Assembly (NCBI GenBank): GCA_965223095.1
Contig: OZ244979.1
Location: 1,525,744 to 1,589,743 of the forward strand
Direction: 5' to 3'
DNA from: Gammaproteobacteria bacterium
GTDB lineage: Bacteria > Pseudomonadota > Gammaproteobacteria > Steroidobacterales > GCA-2729495
DNA length: 64,000 bases
Positions 35,383-44,471 of the stretch are shown piece after piece. The notes beneath the pieces were generated by a model. The model was not told where the DNA came from. It did not search any database and saw only the letters and a program-made list of their open reading frames with translations. The position numbers and the translations under genes were made by a program. Numbering within the stretch: the stretch's first letter is position 1; every line of letters starts with the position of its first letter.

Positions 35383-35392
35383 ATTTGGGTTT

Positions 35393-36010
35393 ATGAGCGA
35401 CATCCCGGCACTAATCGTTGGCCTGGGTAACCCGGGTAACGAACACAGCCGCGACCGGCACAATGCTGGCTATTGGCTGGTGGATGCGCTGGCCCAATCC
35501 AGCGGCGTGAATTTTCGTTCCGAGCGCAAGTTGCAAGGCGAAGCTTGCCAGATGACCGGGCCATCGGGCGCTATTCGCTTGCTTAAACCGACGACCTACA
35601 TGAATCGCAGTGGCGAATCCGTGCGGCGGGCGTTGGATTATTTCAAGCTGTCCACCGACCAGATACTCATTGCCCACGATGATCTTGACTTACCGCCGGG
35701 TGTCGCCCGCTTTAAGAAAGGCGGCGGACACGGTGGCAACAACGGCTTACGCGATCTGATTGCCCACTGTGGGAAGGATTTTTTGCGCCTGCGCATCGGC
35801 ATCGGTCATCCCGGTAGTAAGCAAAAAGTCGTTGGCTACGTATTGCGGCCCCCGGCGGCTGCGGATCTGGCGCAAATTGAATCGGCCTTGCACGAGGCGC
35901 AGCGCTCGATAGACACCTTGCTGAAAGATGGCCTTGAGCGGGCCATGACCCAGTTGCATACGGCCACCGCGCGCGTTGACGATACCTTGAATATGGGGCC
36001 CGCGGGTTAG
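35393..36010 (+). CDS. pth: Peptidyl-tRNA hydrolase
   Basis: The start is set at MSDIPALIVGLGNPG (ATG 35393). It has the conserved Pth motifs (RHNAGYW, TYMNRSG). Confidence 0.95.
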   Translation: MSDIPALIVGLGNPGNEHSRDRHNAGYWLVDALAQSSGVNFRSERKLQGEACQMTGPSGAIRLLKPTTYMNRSGESVRRALDYFKLSTDQILIAHDDLDLPPGVARFKKGGGHGGNNGLRDLIAHCGKDFLRLRIGIGHPGSKQKVVGYVLRPPAAADLAQIESALHEAQRSIDTLLKDGLERAMTQLHTATARVDDTLNMGPAG

Positions 36011-36077
36011 TTTGGGTGTTTAGGGATGGGGGTTTAGTCTGTAAGGCTTGACCGTCGCTTCTCTACCTTCGATCACA

Positions 36078-36500
36078 ATGACGATTGAATTCAAGCTTAT
36101 CGAGAACTCTCAAATGGCATGTATTGTGCCACTGCTGATGGAACTGGATGCCAGCATTCCTCGTGAAACGATTGAAGCCCGGTTGCCGATGATGCTCGAG
36201 CGGGGCTATGAGTGTGTCGGTATTTATGACGGTGAGTCTTTGATTGGGATTTGCGGTATTTGGACCTTGGTCAAATACTATGTGGGTAAGCATTTAGAGC
36301 CGGATAATGTTTTTCTAAGGCCGGCGTACCAGGGCAAAGGCATCGGCCAAGCCCTGCAATCCTGGCTGGAAGAACTTGCCCAGTCCCGCGGCTGTGAGGC
36401 GATGGAGCTTAACTGTTACCTGGAAAATCGCGTGGGTCGTCTTTTTTGGGAATCGGTCGGTTATACGCAGCTTGGTATCCATTACCGCAAGCGCTGGTAG
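36078..36500 (+). CDS. GNAT-family N-acetyltransferase
   Basis: It has the acetyl-CoA-binding motif region (RPAYQGKGIGQALQSWLEELA). The start is ambiguous between ATG 36078 and TTG 36048. Confidence 0.75.
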   Translation: MTIEFKLIENSQMACIVPLLMELDASIPRETIEARLPMMLERGYECVGIYDGESLIGICGIWTLVKYYVGKHLEPDNVFLRPAYQGKGIGQALQSWLEELAQSRGCEAMELNCYLENRVGRLFWESVGYTQLGIHYRKRW

Positions 36501-36508
36501 GCCACTTA

Positions 36509-37525
36509 TTACAAAGACGCACGTACCAGTTCAGCCCCTGTCGCCAAGCTGCGAATCTTGCCGAGCGCCACATCGTAAGCAATGGGCGTCATACCGCAAT
36601 TAGTACAGGGCCGAATACGTTCAGCATCCACATACTGCAAAGCTGAGCGCAGGGTTTCGGCGACTTCTTCCGGCGTTTCAATCTTGTCTTGCGTCACCGC
36701 TACGGCGCCGACCATGATCACCTTGTCCGGCAACAGGCTCATGACTGAGTGAGGCACGTGGGAATCCGCGCACTCTAGAGATACTTGATCAATGCTGCTG
36801 CGATTGAGGGCCGGGAAAATCTTTTCATATTGGCGCCATTCATCGCCGAGGGTTTCTTTCCAGCGAATATTTTCTTCGATGCCATAGCCATAGCAAATAT
36901 GCACCGCGCGCGTACAGTCCAGTCCCGCGGCCGCGGCTTCCAAGGCTTCTACGCCCCATTCATTCACATCGTCAAAAAATACGTTAAAGGCGGGTTCATC
37001 AAACTGAATGACATCCGCGCCAGCGGCAACCAGCTCACGCGCCTCGTCGTTGAGCAGCTTAGCAAAGGCCATGGCCATCTTAGGCCGACTGCCATAGTGT
37101 TTATCGGCAATGGTGTCGCAGATTGTCATGGGTCCCGGTAGGGTGAATTTCAATTTTCGTCGAGTCAGTCCGCGGACGTATTTGAATTCTTCAACATGAA
37201 TAGATTTCGGTCGGCCGAGTTCACTGGTTACGGTGGGAACCTCTAGCTTATAGCGATCGTCCCGTATACCCATCAGGGTTTTCTTGTTTTGATCAATACC
37301 CTCGATGCCTTCGAGAAAAGTGTGTACGAAATGCCGGCGAAATACTTCGCCGTCTGTTAACACATCGATACCCGCGGCTTCTTGATGACGAATCCACTCG
37401 GCCGCCGCTCGTTTCTTGCCTGCTGCTAATTCGTCCCCAGATAATTTCCAGCCACCCTTGAGTTTTTCGGGCTCCGCTAACCAGTCGGGGCGGGGGAGGC
37501 TGCCGGCAATGGTGGTTTCTAACAT
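36509..37525 (-). CDS. Cobalamin-independent methionine synthase-like protein (MetE C-terminal-domain-only, 'methionine synthase II' type)
   Basis: 338 aa with the N-terminus TIAGSLPRPDWL, Zn-ligand-type residues in HICYG and CTNCG, and the Meth_synt_2-like pattern throughout. Confidence 0.85.
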   Translation of the reverse strand: MLETTIAGSLPRPDWLAEPEKLKGGWKLSGDELAAGKKRAAAEWIRHQEAAGIDVLTDGEVFRRHFVHTFLEGIEGIDQNKKTLMGIRDDRYKLEVPTVTSELGRPKSIHVEEFKYVRGLTRRKLKFTLPGPMTICDTIADKHYGSRPKMAMAFAKLLNDEARELVAAGADVIQFDEPAFNVFFDDVNEWGVEALEAAAAGLDCTRAVHICYGYGIEENIRWKETLGDEWRQYEKIFPALNRSSIDQVSLECADSHVPHSVMSLLPDKVIMVGAVAVTQDKIETPEEVAETLRSALQYVDAERIRPCTNCGMTPIAYDVALGKIRSLATGAELVRASL

Positions 37526-37990
37526 CAGTTTATTACTCTTACTTATAGCTGGTCGTCAGGGACGGGATTGGATGGCTAGGGATGCTAGCAGACAAGTTAT
37601 GCAAGTCAGGTCTTTTCGAGCTTACGCCCGAAGTACGAACTCAAGCTCGCCCATATTGGGTGTGTGCAGCGGATGCGGTAGCTGGGTCGGCATCGAATGC
37701 GGGGCTCATTGCACTGATCTTCACGAGATCACCAGGCGTACGTGGATGCGGTAGCGGGCGGGTGATTGGCCGTGAACTAGCCGTCAGCCAAAAAAATGTG
37801 CGGCGGTGAGAATCAGAGCCGGCATGGGTCGCTTTCCAGCATTGTGAGCTAAGTTCATGTTTCCGCCATCCTTGTTGTTTGCGGATCGCTGCCACCTCGG
37901 TACTGGCCGAGATTGGCGCCGGGTCGTGGGCTGTTCGTTTTGCCGCCCGCCATTCCCCCGGGGCGCCATCTTCCTTAGAATCGCCGGCCA

Positions 37991-39085
37991 ATGGCTATTC
38001 GATCAGGCATCGTGGGCTTACCGAACGTCGGTAAATCCACGCTATTCAACGCGTTGACCTCGGCGGAAATCGCTGCTGAAAACTATCCCTTCTGTACCAT
38101 CGACCCCAATGTGGGAATCGTGCCGGTGCCAGATTCTCGGCTCCAACAATTGGCGACCATTGTTAAGCCGCAGAAAGTCATTCCCACGACGGTGGAGTTT
38201 GTGGATATTGCCGGCTTGGTTGAAGGTGCTTCTAAGGGTGAAGGTCTGGGCAATCAGTTCTTAGCGAACATCCGTGAGACCCACGCCATTACCCACGTGG
38301 TGCGCTGCTTTGATGACGACGACGTGACCCACGTGGCCGGTGGCGTGGATCCGCTGCGTGATATCGGTGTTATCAATACAGAATTGTTGCTGGCTGACTT
38401 GGATACCGTTGAGCGGGCACTGGAAAAAGCGCAGCGGCGGGCCAAAACCGGCCAAAAGGAAGAGATCGCACGGCACGACTTTTTTCGCCGATTGAGCAAA
38501 CACCTCAATGCCGAAATGCCGGCCCGCAGCTTTGAGCCCGCCAATGAAAACGAGCTCGCTGAATTCCGCGAACTCTTCTTGTTGACCGCGAAGCCGGTGA
38601 TGTATGTGGCCAACGTGGACGAGGACGGGCTCGCCGGCAATCAGTGGGTTAAACAAGTTGCCAGCCTGGCTGCCAGTGAAGGCGCCGGAGTGGTCACGGT
38701 TTGTGCCGCCATTGAAGCTGAAATCGCTTTGTTGGATGCTGACGATAAGCAAGTGTTTTTGGCCGATTTAGGGCTGGCCGAGGCTGGCTTGGACCGGGTG
38801 ATTCGGGCCGCCTACGAGCTGCTTGGCCTGCAGACTTTCTTCACCGCGGGCGAAAAGGAAGTCAGGGCGTGGACCACCCGCATTGGTGCCACGGCACCCC
38901 AAGCCGCGGGAGAAATCCACACGGATTTTGAGCATGGATTTATTCGCGCCGAGGTGGTTGGCTTTGACGACTACATCGCGGGCAATGGTGAGCAGGGCGC
39001 GAAGGAAGCCGGGCGTCTGCGTCTGGAAGGTAAGGACTATCAAGTATGCGATGGAGACGTCATGCACTTTAGGTTCAATGTATGA
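37991..39085 (+). CDS. ychF: Ribosome-binding ATPase YchF
   Basis: 364 aa with the P-loop [12 protein letters not shown] and a conserved C-terminal TGS-like end ([11 protein letters not shown]). Confidence 0.97.
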   Translation: MAIRSGIVGLPNVGKSTLFNALTSAEIAAENYPFCTIDPNVGIVPVPDSRLQQLATIVKPQKVIPTTVEFVDIAGLVEGASKGEGLGNQFLANIRETHAITHVVRCFDDDDVTHVAGGVDPLRDIGVINTELLLADLDTVERALEKAQRRAKTGQKEEIARHDFFRRLSKHLNAEMPARSFEPANENELAEFRELFLLTAKPVMYVANVDEDGLAGNQWVKQVASLAASEGAGVVTVCAAIEAEIALLDADDKQVFLADLGLAEAGLDRVIRAAYELLGLQTFFTAGEKEVRAWTTRIGATAPQAAGEIHTDFEHGFIRAEVVGFDDYIAGNGEQGAKEAGRLRLEGKDYQVCDGDVMHFRFNV

Positions 39086-40509
39086 ATAGCTGTAAGGGTG
39101 AGAGTGTGAAGATCCTGCGAAGATTGTTACCGAGTCTGTGCCTATTGGCCTTGGGCGCTGTCGCCGGCGAGATTCCAGGCTTGCCGACCCCGACCCTGCC
39201 GAATATTCCGCGTGAGGCCATTGTTACCCTGGGCAATGATTTACTTGCTGGCGGTAGCACGATTCTGGATGATTCTCGTACCCAGCAATTAATGCTAGAA
39301 ACCAAACTGGGTGATCGGTGGGAGTTGGCCCTGGATCACAGCATTTTGACCTATGAAGCTGAAGGCTTTGAGTTGGATTGGGGGCGCTTGGATCAACTCA
39401 GTGGATCTTTGGGCTACCGCCTCTTGCAAGCTGACGAATCCAGCGGTGGTTTGAATTTCATGGTCGGTGCCGGATTTCGCAGTTACGGCAAGTATGGTGG
39501 CGCGGAGATCCAAAATGGTTTTCATCGCTTAATCGGCGATCGAATATTTGATTTGCCTTACGTCGAGACCAATCGCGAAGATTTGACACTGTGGTTACGT
39601 GGCGAGATTCATGGTGACATGCCTTGGGATTCCCTGCGCAATCTTTTCGGTGAAAAAGGCCAAGTAGGCTACTGGGCCCATGCCACGGCCTTGGCAACCC
39701 ATGATGGGCAATGGGATGTCACCACGGCTGCACATCTGACATTTTCGCGTGCGTGGTTTAACGCTTGGTTGGGTCTACGAGCCGATTGGCGCGAAGGCTA
39801 CGATCGCGATCTGGTCCAAATCGCCACCGCCGATAGCGAAGAAACCACCTATGGTGTTTTCGGCATGCGTATCGGGCCGTTGTTATTAGAGACGCAGCAA
39901 AGTTTCGAAAGCGACAAAGGCTTTGGCCGTGTGAGCTTGATTGCCGATATCAATCCCGCGTCAAAGCATCGCCAGCCCGGCGTGGAATACAGTCTTAGTG
40001 CCGGCGTCAGCGTTCCCGAAGTATATGCGGTACTGCAGGGCCGGCGAGAATTTTGTGGCTGGCTGCGCTGCGATGACCGCCGCCGTTGGCGATTAGTGGG
40101 AGAACTGCGCTACGGCGAGCCCAGTATTAATGAGCTGACAGATCGTTATATAGAAGTGTCGCAGCTAGGCGCGGGACTAGAACTAGAACAGTCTTTTAAC
40201 GCTTTACCGGATTGGCTGTCGACCTATGCGTGGTTAGGCGCGGGCTGGCGCGAAGAGCAAGTGCGCGGCGACGAATTTCGCAGCGGGCAAGATTCCGTCA
40301 GCGAAGACGCGGCCGTGCTGTTGGGCGAAATTGGTTTTCGCGCCACGACAGTCGCGGTGAGCGAACGATGGGCGCTGCGATTGCAGGCGGGTCTGTCGGG
40401 ATGGCTGCCGGCCGGGGACGAGCTGGTCGCTTTTGCGGGCGGCACCGAAGAATTACTGTCGCCCGGACTGGGCGTATTGTTTTCTGGTGTTATTGAGTTT
40501 CGTCCCTGA
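39082..40509 (+). CDS. Hypothetical exported protein, possibly outer-membrane associated
   Basis: 475 aa with a signal-peptide-like N-terminus ([15 protein letters not shown]) and aromatic/glycine-rich, beta-like sequence. Its ATG overlaps the ychF stop. I do not recognise a family. Confidence 0.6.
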   Translation: MNSCKGESVKILRRLLPSLCLLALGAVAGEIPGLPTPTLPNIPREAIVTLGNDLLAGGSTILDDSRTQQLMLETKLGDRWELALDHSILTYEAEGFELDWGRLDQLSGSLGYRLLQADESSGGLNFMVGAGFRSYGKYGGAEIQNGFHRLIGDRIFDLPYVETNREDLTLWLRGEIHGDMPWDSLRNLFGEKGQVGYWAHATALATHDGQWDVTTAAHLTFSRAWFNAWLGLRADWREGYDRDLVQIATADSEETTYGVFGMRIGPLLLETQQSFESDKGFGRVSLIADINPASKHRQPGVEYSLSAGVSVPEVYAVLQGRREFCGWLRCDDRRRWRLVGELRYGEPSINELTDRYIEVSQLGAGLELEQSFNALPDWLSTYAWLGAGWREEQVRGDEFRSGQDSVSEDAAVLLGEIGFRATTVAVSERWALRLQAGLSGWLPAGDELVAFAGGTEELLSPGLGVLFSGVIEFRP

Positions 40510-40611
40510 TTCTCATACAGGCCCGGATTTTTAGGCGCTCCTAAACTACTGGTGCTGCAGTTTCGGCGGCTTGCTGCACGTCGGCCCCGGCTGGGGTGAT
40601 AGCATGGATGC

Positions 40612-41289
40612 ATGCAGACAGCGCCGCAACCACCCGTCATTATTTTTTGCGCTGATACCGATACCGGTTACCGCCTAGCGCAATTGCTACGCCGCGAGCA
40701 GCGGCAGGTCATTGCGGTCATGCGCCCGCGAGCCGACACCAGCCTGATAGAAAAAATGGGCTGCCAAATAGTGCGCGCAGATCCTTCGGAGCGTAAAACT
40801 GTTGAGTCAATATTCGCGCAGCAGGTAACGCCCGACTGTGAAGTTGTGAGTATGCTCGGCGGCTCGCCTCAGCTCAATAGCCAAGGCAACATCAACGTGA
40901 TTGACGCCACGGCAGCCAGTGGCACACGGCGGCTAGTTTTACTGACGTCCATTGGCTGCGGTGACAGTTTGGCTGCCGTTGATCCCTTCGTAAAAGCGTT
41001 TATCGGCAAATCCCTGCGCGCAAAAAATTGGGCTGAACAACAGTTGCTCGCCACCGATTTAGACTGGACCATTATTCGTCCCGGAGGACTGGTGCGGCGC
41101 GCGACCCGTGGCGAAGCCATGTTGATTGAGGATTCGAAAGTCAGCGGCCATATCAATACCTTTGATTTAGGCGATCTTATTTATCAGGCCCTACTGAGTC
41201 CGGCCACCATTGGCCGCGTTCTCGCCGCCGTGGATAGTGACCGGGCATTTCACCTCGACGGAGAGCCATTAACCCCCGCCCGGCTCTAA
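40612..41289 (+). CDS. NAD(P)H-binding (atypical SDR / NmrA-like) protein
   Basis: 225 aa. The pattern (LLTSIGCGDS...WTIIRPGGL) matches NAD(P)-binding Rossmann proteins of the flavin-reductase/NmrA-like type. The N-terminal glycine motif is degenerate. Confidence 0.7.
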   Translation: MQTAPQPPVIIFCADTDTGYRLAQLLRREQRQVIAVMRPRADTSLIEKMGCQIVRADPSERKTVESIFAQQVTPDCEVVSMLGGSPQLNSQGNINVIDATAASGTRRLVLLTSIGCGDSLAAVDPFVKAFIGKSLRAKNWAEQQLLATDLDWTIIRPGGLVRRATRGEAMLIEDSKVSGHINTFDLGDLIYQALLSPATIGRVLAAVDSDRAFHLDGEPLTPARL

Positions 41290-41344
41290 AGTCGCGGGGT
41301 CAATAGCTTCTGGAAACATTGGGATCAGCTTGCAAACTAAGAAC

Positions 41345-41373
41345 TTGACAGTCGTGAAGCGGATGCAGACAAT
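41345..41373 (+). promoter_or_regulatory. Likely sigma70 promoter of tRNA-Met
   Basis: A perfect -35 TTGACA, a 17-nt spacer and a -10 GACAAT are followed by a GC-rich discriminator (CCGCCG). The promoter lies about 18 nt upstream of the tRNA 5' end. Confidence 0.5.
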
Positions 41374-41390
41374 CCGCCGTCCTTAGGCGC

Positions 41391-41467
41391 GGTGATGTAG
41401 CTCAGCTGGTTAGAGCACGGCACTCATAATGCCGGGGTCGGTGGTTCAAGTCCACCCATCACCACCA
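41391..41467 (+). tRNA. tRNA-Met (anticodon CAT, elongator type)
   Basis: I folded the cloverleaf by hand. The acceptor is GGTGATG/CATCACC, the anticodon stem is CGGCA/TGCCG with loop CTCATAA, the T-arm is GGTGG-TTCAAGT-CCACC, and the CCA is encoded. The D-arm and variable loop match the E. coli elongator tRNA-Met as I recall it. A lysidine-modified tRNA-Ile2 cannot be excluded from sequence alone. Confidence 0.93.
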
Positions 41468-41570
41468 TCTTCTCTCGAAATTTTTTCGTGACCCAGGGTG
41501 ATCTTTTCGGAAGTGCGAGGGCGCGAGTCATGTCGTTATTGATCCGCAAACTGCTTTCGGCTTAAAGCAA

Positions 41571-41587
41571 AAAATTGGTTCGACCCC
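41571..41587 (+). repeat. Recurrent motif, copy 3 (AAAATTGGTTCGACCCC)
   Basis: It lies 104 nt downstream of tRNA-Met, just outside the 3' end of the HNH gene. Confidence 0.5.
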
Positions 41588-41610
41588 GAAAGCTCACGCC
41601 CCATACAGAG

Positions 41611-42972
41611 TCAAGTTCCCCGCTGCTCCATCAACCCGTCTATCGCCCAGTCATAGTCCATCCTCTCCCCCTGCCAGCCGGTAACCGCGGTATCAGCATC
41701 AATCTGCAATTTCCTTTTCACATGCCGACGCATTAAGGCAGCAACGCCCACCCCGTCGACCATACGGCTAGAACGACTGTCCCCGCAATTGGCAATCATC
41801 TCGCCCCACGGATCGCGAAATACAATTTGCGCCGCCTCCCGACGCACACTAAAACCACCTTCATGAATCAAGCGATGATGCCGCCAGCATAGCAGTAGCA
41901 AATTACTCAGCTTCGTTTCCCCGCCCTGCGACCAGTGTTGAATATGGTGTCCATCGACATAGCGGGTGTGGGTGCAACCGGGAAAGCGGCAGCCGCGATC
42001 CCGCGCCACCAAGGCGCGGCGCATGGCGGTGGGAATACTGCGAGTCTTGCGGCCCACATCGAGCGCCTCAGCGTTGGAATTCTTAAACAAACCCACCAAG
42101 CTGGCATCGCAGGCCAAACGCCGAACGGTTTCTGGCGGCAGGCCCGGGCCATGTTCTAGCTCACAACAATCTTCGCCCTCGGCCGCAGCAACATCATCGC
42201 GCAGCGTTTCCGCGGAAACGTGCACCACCACCTGATGCGTGTCACCACTCTTTATTGAGCTCGGTTCACTGGCCAAAAAAGCTTCCGCCAACAATGCCAG
42301 CGCGTCCGCATTGCGATTGGCGGACAAACGCGTTGGGTCGCTTCTATCCAATCGTTCTAAGCTTGACGTTTCCGCGGAAACGTCGGCCGGCGAGGGCAAA
42401 GTCTCTTTCGCCGCTTTCAATGCCTCTACCATCACTGCTCCAAGCTCGGGCGGCAAACAGGCGTGCAGTTGCAATTGACCCGCATCATCGAAAAACCAAC
42501 GCGCCGAGCGCTGGGTATCGCGTTCATTGGCATCGGATAATTGCGCGGCGCGTTCGCAAAACCGCATCCGCCGAACCAAAGTTTCCATATGATGAGCCGT
42601 GCCATGCAGAGCAATGTTCAATAAGTTCTTTTCATTCGCAGCCGTCGCAATGCGCGTCATCGCCCGCACTTTTGAATAGCTAATACGCCCCGCCTCAAAC
42701 GCCTTCGAGATTTGCGGCAAGTCAGGCAACGCCCGCGCCACGCGAACCTTCTCGCGCGCCGCTCCCATAGCCAAACCAATCTTCCAATTCAACCAATGCG
42801 CACAAGAATTAATACCCTGGTGCGCCCAGCCACCCCGTCGATCGAACTCACCAATCAAAGTAATCAACTCATAAGCCCCGGCATTCAAATGCCCCGCTAG
42901 CTCGGTGATATTTTTTTCTAGGGTCGCAAGAATTGCTTCCTTGGGGTGCCGGGGCGGTAGTTCGGAGGGCAT
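41611..42972 (-). CDS. DUF222-type HNH endonuclease
   Basis: 453 aa. The N-terminal region is DUF222-like (LITLIGEFDRRGGWAHQGINSCAHWLNWKIGL...RISYSKVRAMTRIA). The C-terminal HNH motif is CTHTRYVDGHHIQHWSQGGETKLSNLLLLCWRHHRLIHEG. Confidence 0.85.
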   Translation of the reverse strand: MPSELPPRHPKEAILATLEKNITELAGHLNAGAYELITLIGEFDRRGGWAHQGINSCAHWLNWKIGLAMGAAREKVRVARALPDLPQISKAFEAGRISYSKVRAMTRIATAANEKNLLNIALHGTAHHMETLVRRMRFCERAAQLSDANERDTQRSARWFFDDAGQLQLHACLPPELGAVMVEALKAAKETLPSPADVSAETSSLERLDRSDPTRLSANRNADALALLAEAFLASEPSSIKSGDTHQVVVHVSAETLRDDVAAAEGEDCCELEHGPGLPPETVRRLACDASLVGLFKNSNAEALDVGRKTRSIPTAMRRALVARDRGCRFPGCTHTRYVDGHHIQHWSQGGETKLSNLLLLCWRHHRLIHEGGFSVRREAAQIVFRDPWGEMIANCGDSRSSRMVDGVGVAALMRRHVKRKLQIDADTAVTGWQGERMDYDWAIDGLMEQRGT

Positions 42973-43097
42973 GGGAGGGGCCTTGATGATATGTGTATAG
43001 ATATACAGTAGTATACGGGAAAGGGAAGTGAAATCAAGTGGTTAAAGCCGGCGAGAATCAGGAATTAGAAAAAAATAGGGTTTGGGCTGCGATTTCT

Positions 43098-43115
43098 GAA
43101 ATTGCGGTTCGACCC
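43098..43115 (+). repeat. Recurrent motif, copy 4 (GAAATTGCGGTTCGACCC)
   Basis: It lies 126 nt beyond the HNH start codon, in the same orientation as copy 3, so the two copies bracket the HNH gene. Confidence 0.45.
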
Positions 43116-43213
43116 TATTTGTCTCGAAAAACTACATATTTCCGACCGTCACGGGTTAATTAAGGTAGCCGTTAATATGCGGCATGCCTTCTGCCTTATT
43201 AACGCTTAGGTTT

Positions 43214-43240
43214 AATATAGCGCCAAATCTTTGCTATATT
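43214..43240. promoter_or_regulatory. Inverted repeat upstream of fic (AATATAGC-N11-GCTATATT)
   Basis: It has 8-bp perfect arms, and a third related half-site (AAATATAG) lies 14 nt downstream. It sits about 40 nt upstream of the fic start. Confidence 0.3.
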
Positions 43241-43281
43241 AGCGGCTACCGCAAATATAGAGTCATCATAGGAATACGGTC

Positions 43282-44418
43282 TTGAGATCCGGAAGCTACC
43301 AAAATCAGCCGACCGGGTACCGCGCGTTTATACCAGCGCCCTTACCACCCGACCCGGCAATACATCTGGATAACGAGCTTCAAACGCTGTTATCCAATGC
43401 AGATCGAGCACTGGGTCGCCTGGATGGTTCGATCCAAACGCTGCCCGATCCAAATTTGTTCGTTTTGATGTACGTCCGAAAAGAAGCGGTCCTGTCTAGC
43501 CAAATCGAAGGAACACAAAGTTCATTAAACGATCTATTGCGTGCCGAGGCTCGCATCTACGATCCCAATCGCCCGGTCGATGTCAATGAAGTGTCTAACT
43601 ATGTTGCGGCGATGAACTACGGCCTAGAACGTCTCAACGAGTTACCACTTTCAACTCGCTTGATCCGCGAAATTCACGCGCACCTATTGAAGGGTGTACG
43701 CGGTGGCCACATGCAGCCCGGTGAACTCAGGGAGTCGCAGAATTGGATCGGGCCGGGCAATGCGAATTTGAATGAAGCGACTTTCATTCCACCGCCAGCG
43801 CACGAGGTGCCTCAAGCGCTTGGTGATTTGGAGCGGTTTATCCATTCCGAAGACTCCATGCCGTCCCTCATTCGCATTGGGCTAACCCATGCCCAGTTCG
43901 AAACTATTCATCCGTTCCTAGATGGAAACGGTCGTGTGGGTCGTTTGCTCATCACTTTTCTGCTCTGCCAGCAAGGCACTTTGCAGTCTCCGGTGCTTTA
44001 TCTATCCCATTATCTGAAAGAACATAGAGCAGAGTATTACGAGCGCCTTCAGAACATTCGAGACGAAGGCAGTTGGGAATCCTGGCTAAAGTTCTTCCTT
44101 CGTGGGGTTGCGGAAGTTTCAAAAGAGGCAACGGAAACGGCGCGTGGCATCGTGAACTTACGCGAAGCACACCGGCAGAAGATAGTCGATCAGCTCGGTC
44201 GTATTGCGGGCAATGCCCTGCGGGTTCACGAGTTGCTGTTTCGATTTCCGCTAGTAACGGTAAACGATGTTGTAGATTTACTTGAACTGAGCTTTACCTC
44301 CGCGAATCGACTAATAGATCGTTTGGTGGAGATTGACCTTCTCGTCGAAGCTACTGGCAATACCAGAAATAGAGTTTTTCAGTATCAAGATTACATTGAC
44401 ATTTTTTCGGAGAGCTAA
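43282..44418 (+). CDS. Fic-family protein (AMPylase type, with intramolecular inhibitory helix)
   Basis: 378 aa with a TTG start, the Fic motif HPFLDGNGRVGRLL and an N-terminal inhibitory motif [ST]xxxE[GN] (SSQIEG). The C-terminus is winged-helix-like. Confidence 0.9.
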   Translation: MRSGSYQNQPTGYRAFIPAPLPPDPAIHLDNELQTLLSNADRALGRLDGSIQTLPDPNLFVLMYVRKEAVLSSQIEGTQSSLNDLLRAEARIYDPNRPVDVNEVSNYVAAMNYGLERLNELPLSTRLIREIHAHLLKGVRGGHMQPGELRESQNWIGPGNANLNEATFIPPPAHEVPQALGDLERFIHSEDSMPSLIRIGLTHAQFETIHPFLDGNGRVGRLLITFLLCQQGTLQSPVLYLSHYLKEHRAEYYERLQNIRDEGSWESWLKFFLRGVAEVSKEATETARGIVNLREAHRQKIVDQLGRIAGNALRVHELLFRFPLVTVNDVVDLLELSFTSANRLIDRLVEIDLLVEATGNTRNRVFQYQDYIDIFSES

Positions 44419-44471
44419 ATAGTAGGCAGCCGACACTATTTTCCGCATACTAAAGTTATCGTGAAGATTAA

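Noticed and set aside
37526-37990. A cobalamin or SAM riboswitch upstream of the metE-like gene
   Set aside because: I read the minus strand through the whole leader. There is no B12 box (GCCACTG-like), no GGGAA...CGGTG...AA.CCG core and no SAM-I kink-turn/junction motifs. It is kept only as a low-interest 'unexplained leader' finding.
37641-37991. A 116-aa minus-strand ORF in the metE-like/ychF intergenic region
   Set aside because: It has no RBS, its composition is atypical for this genome's proteins, and it would overlap the ychF promoter region. It is more likely non-coding leader.
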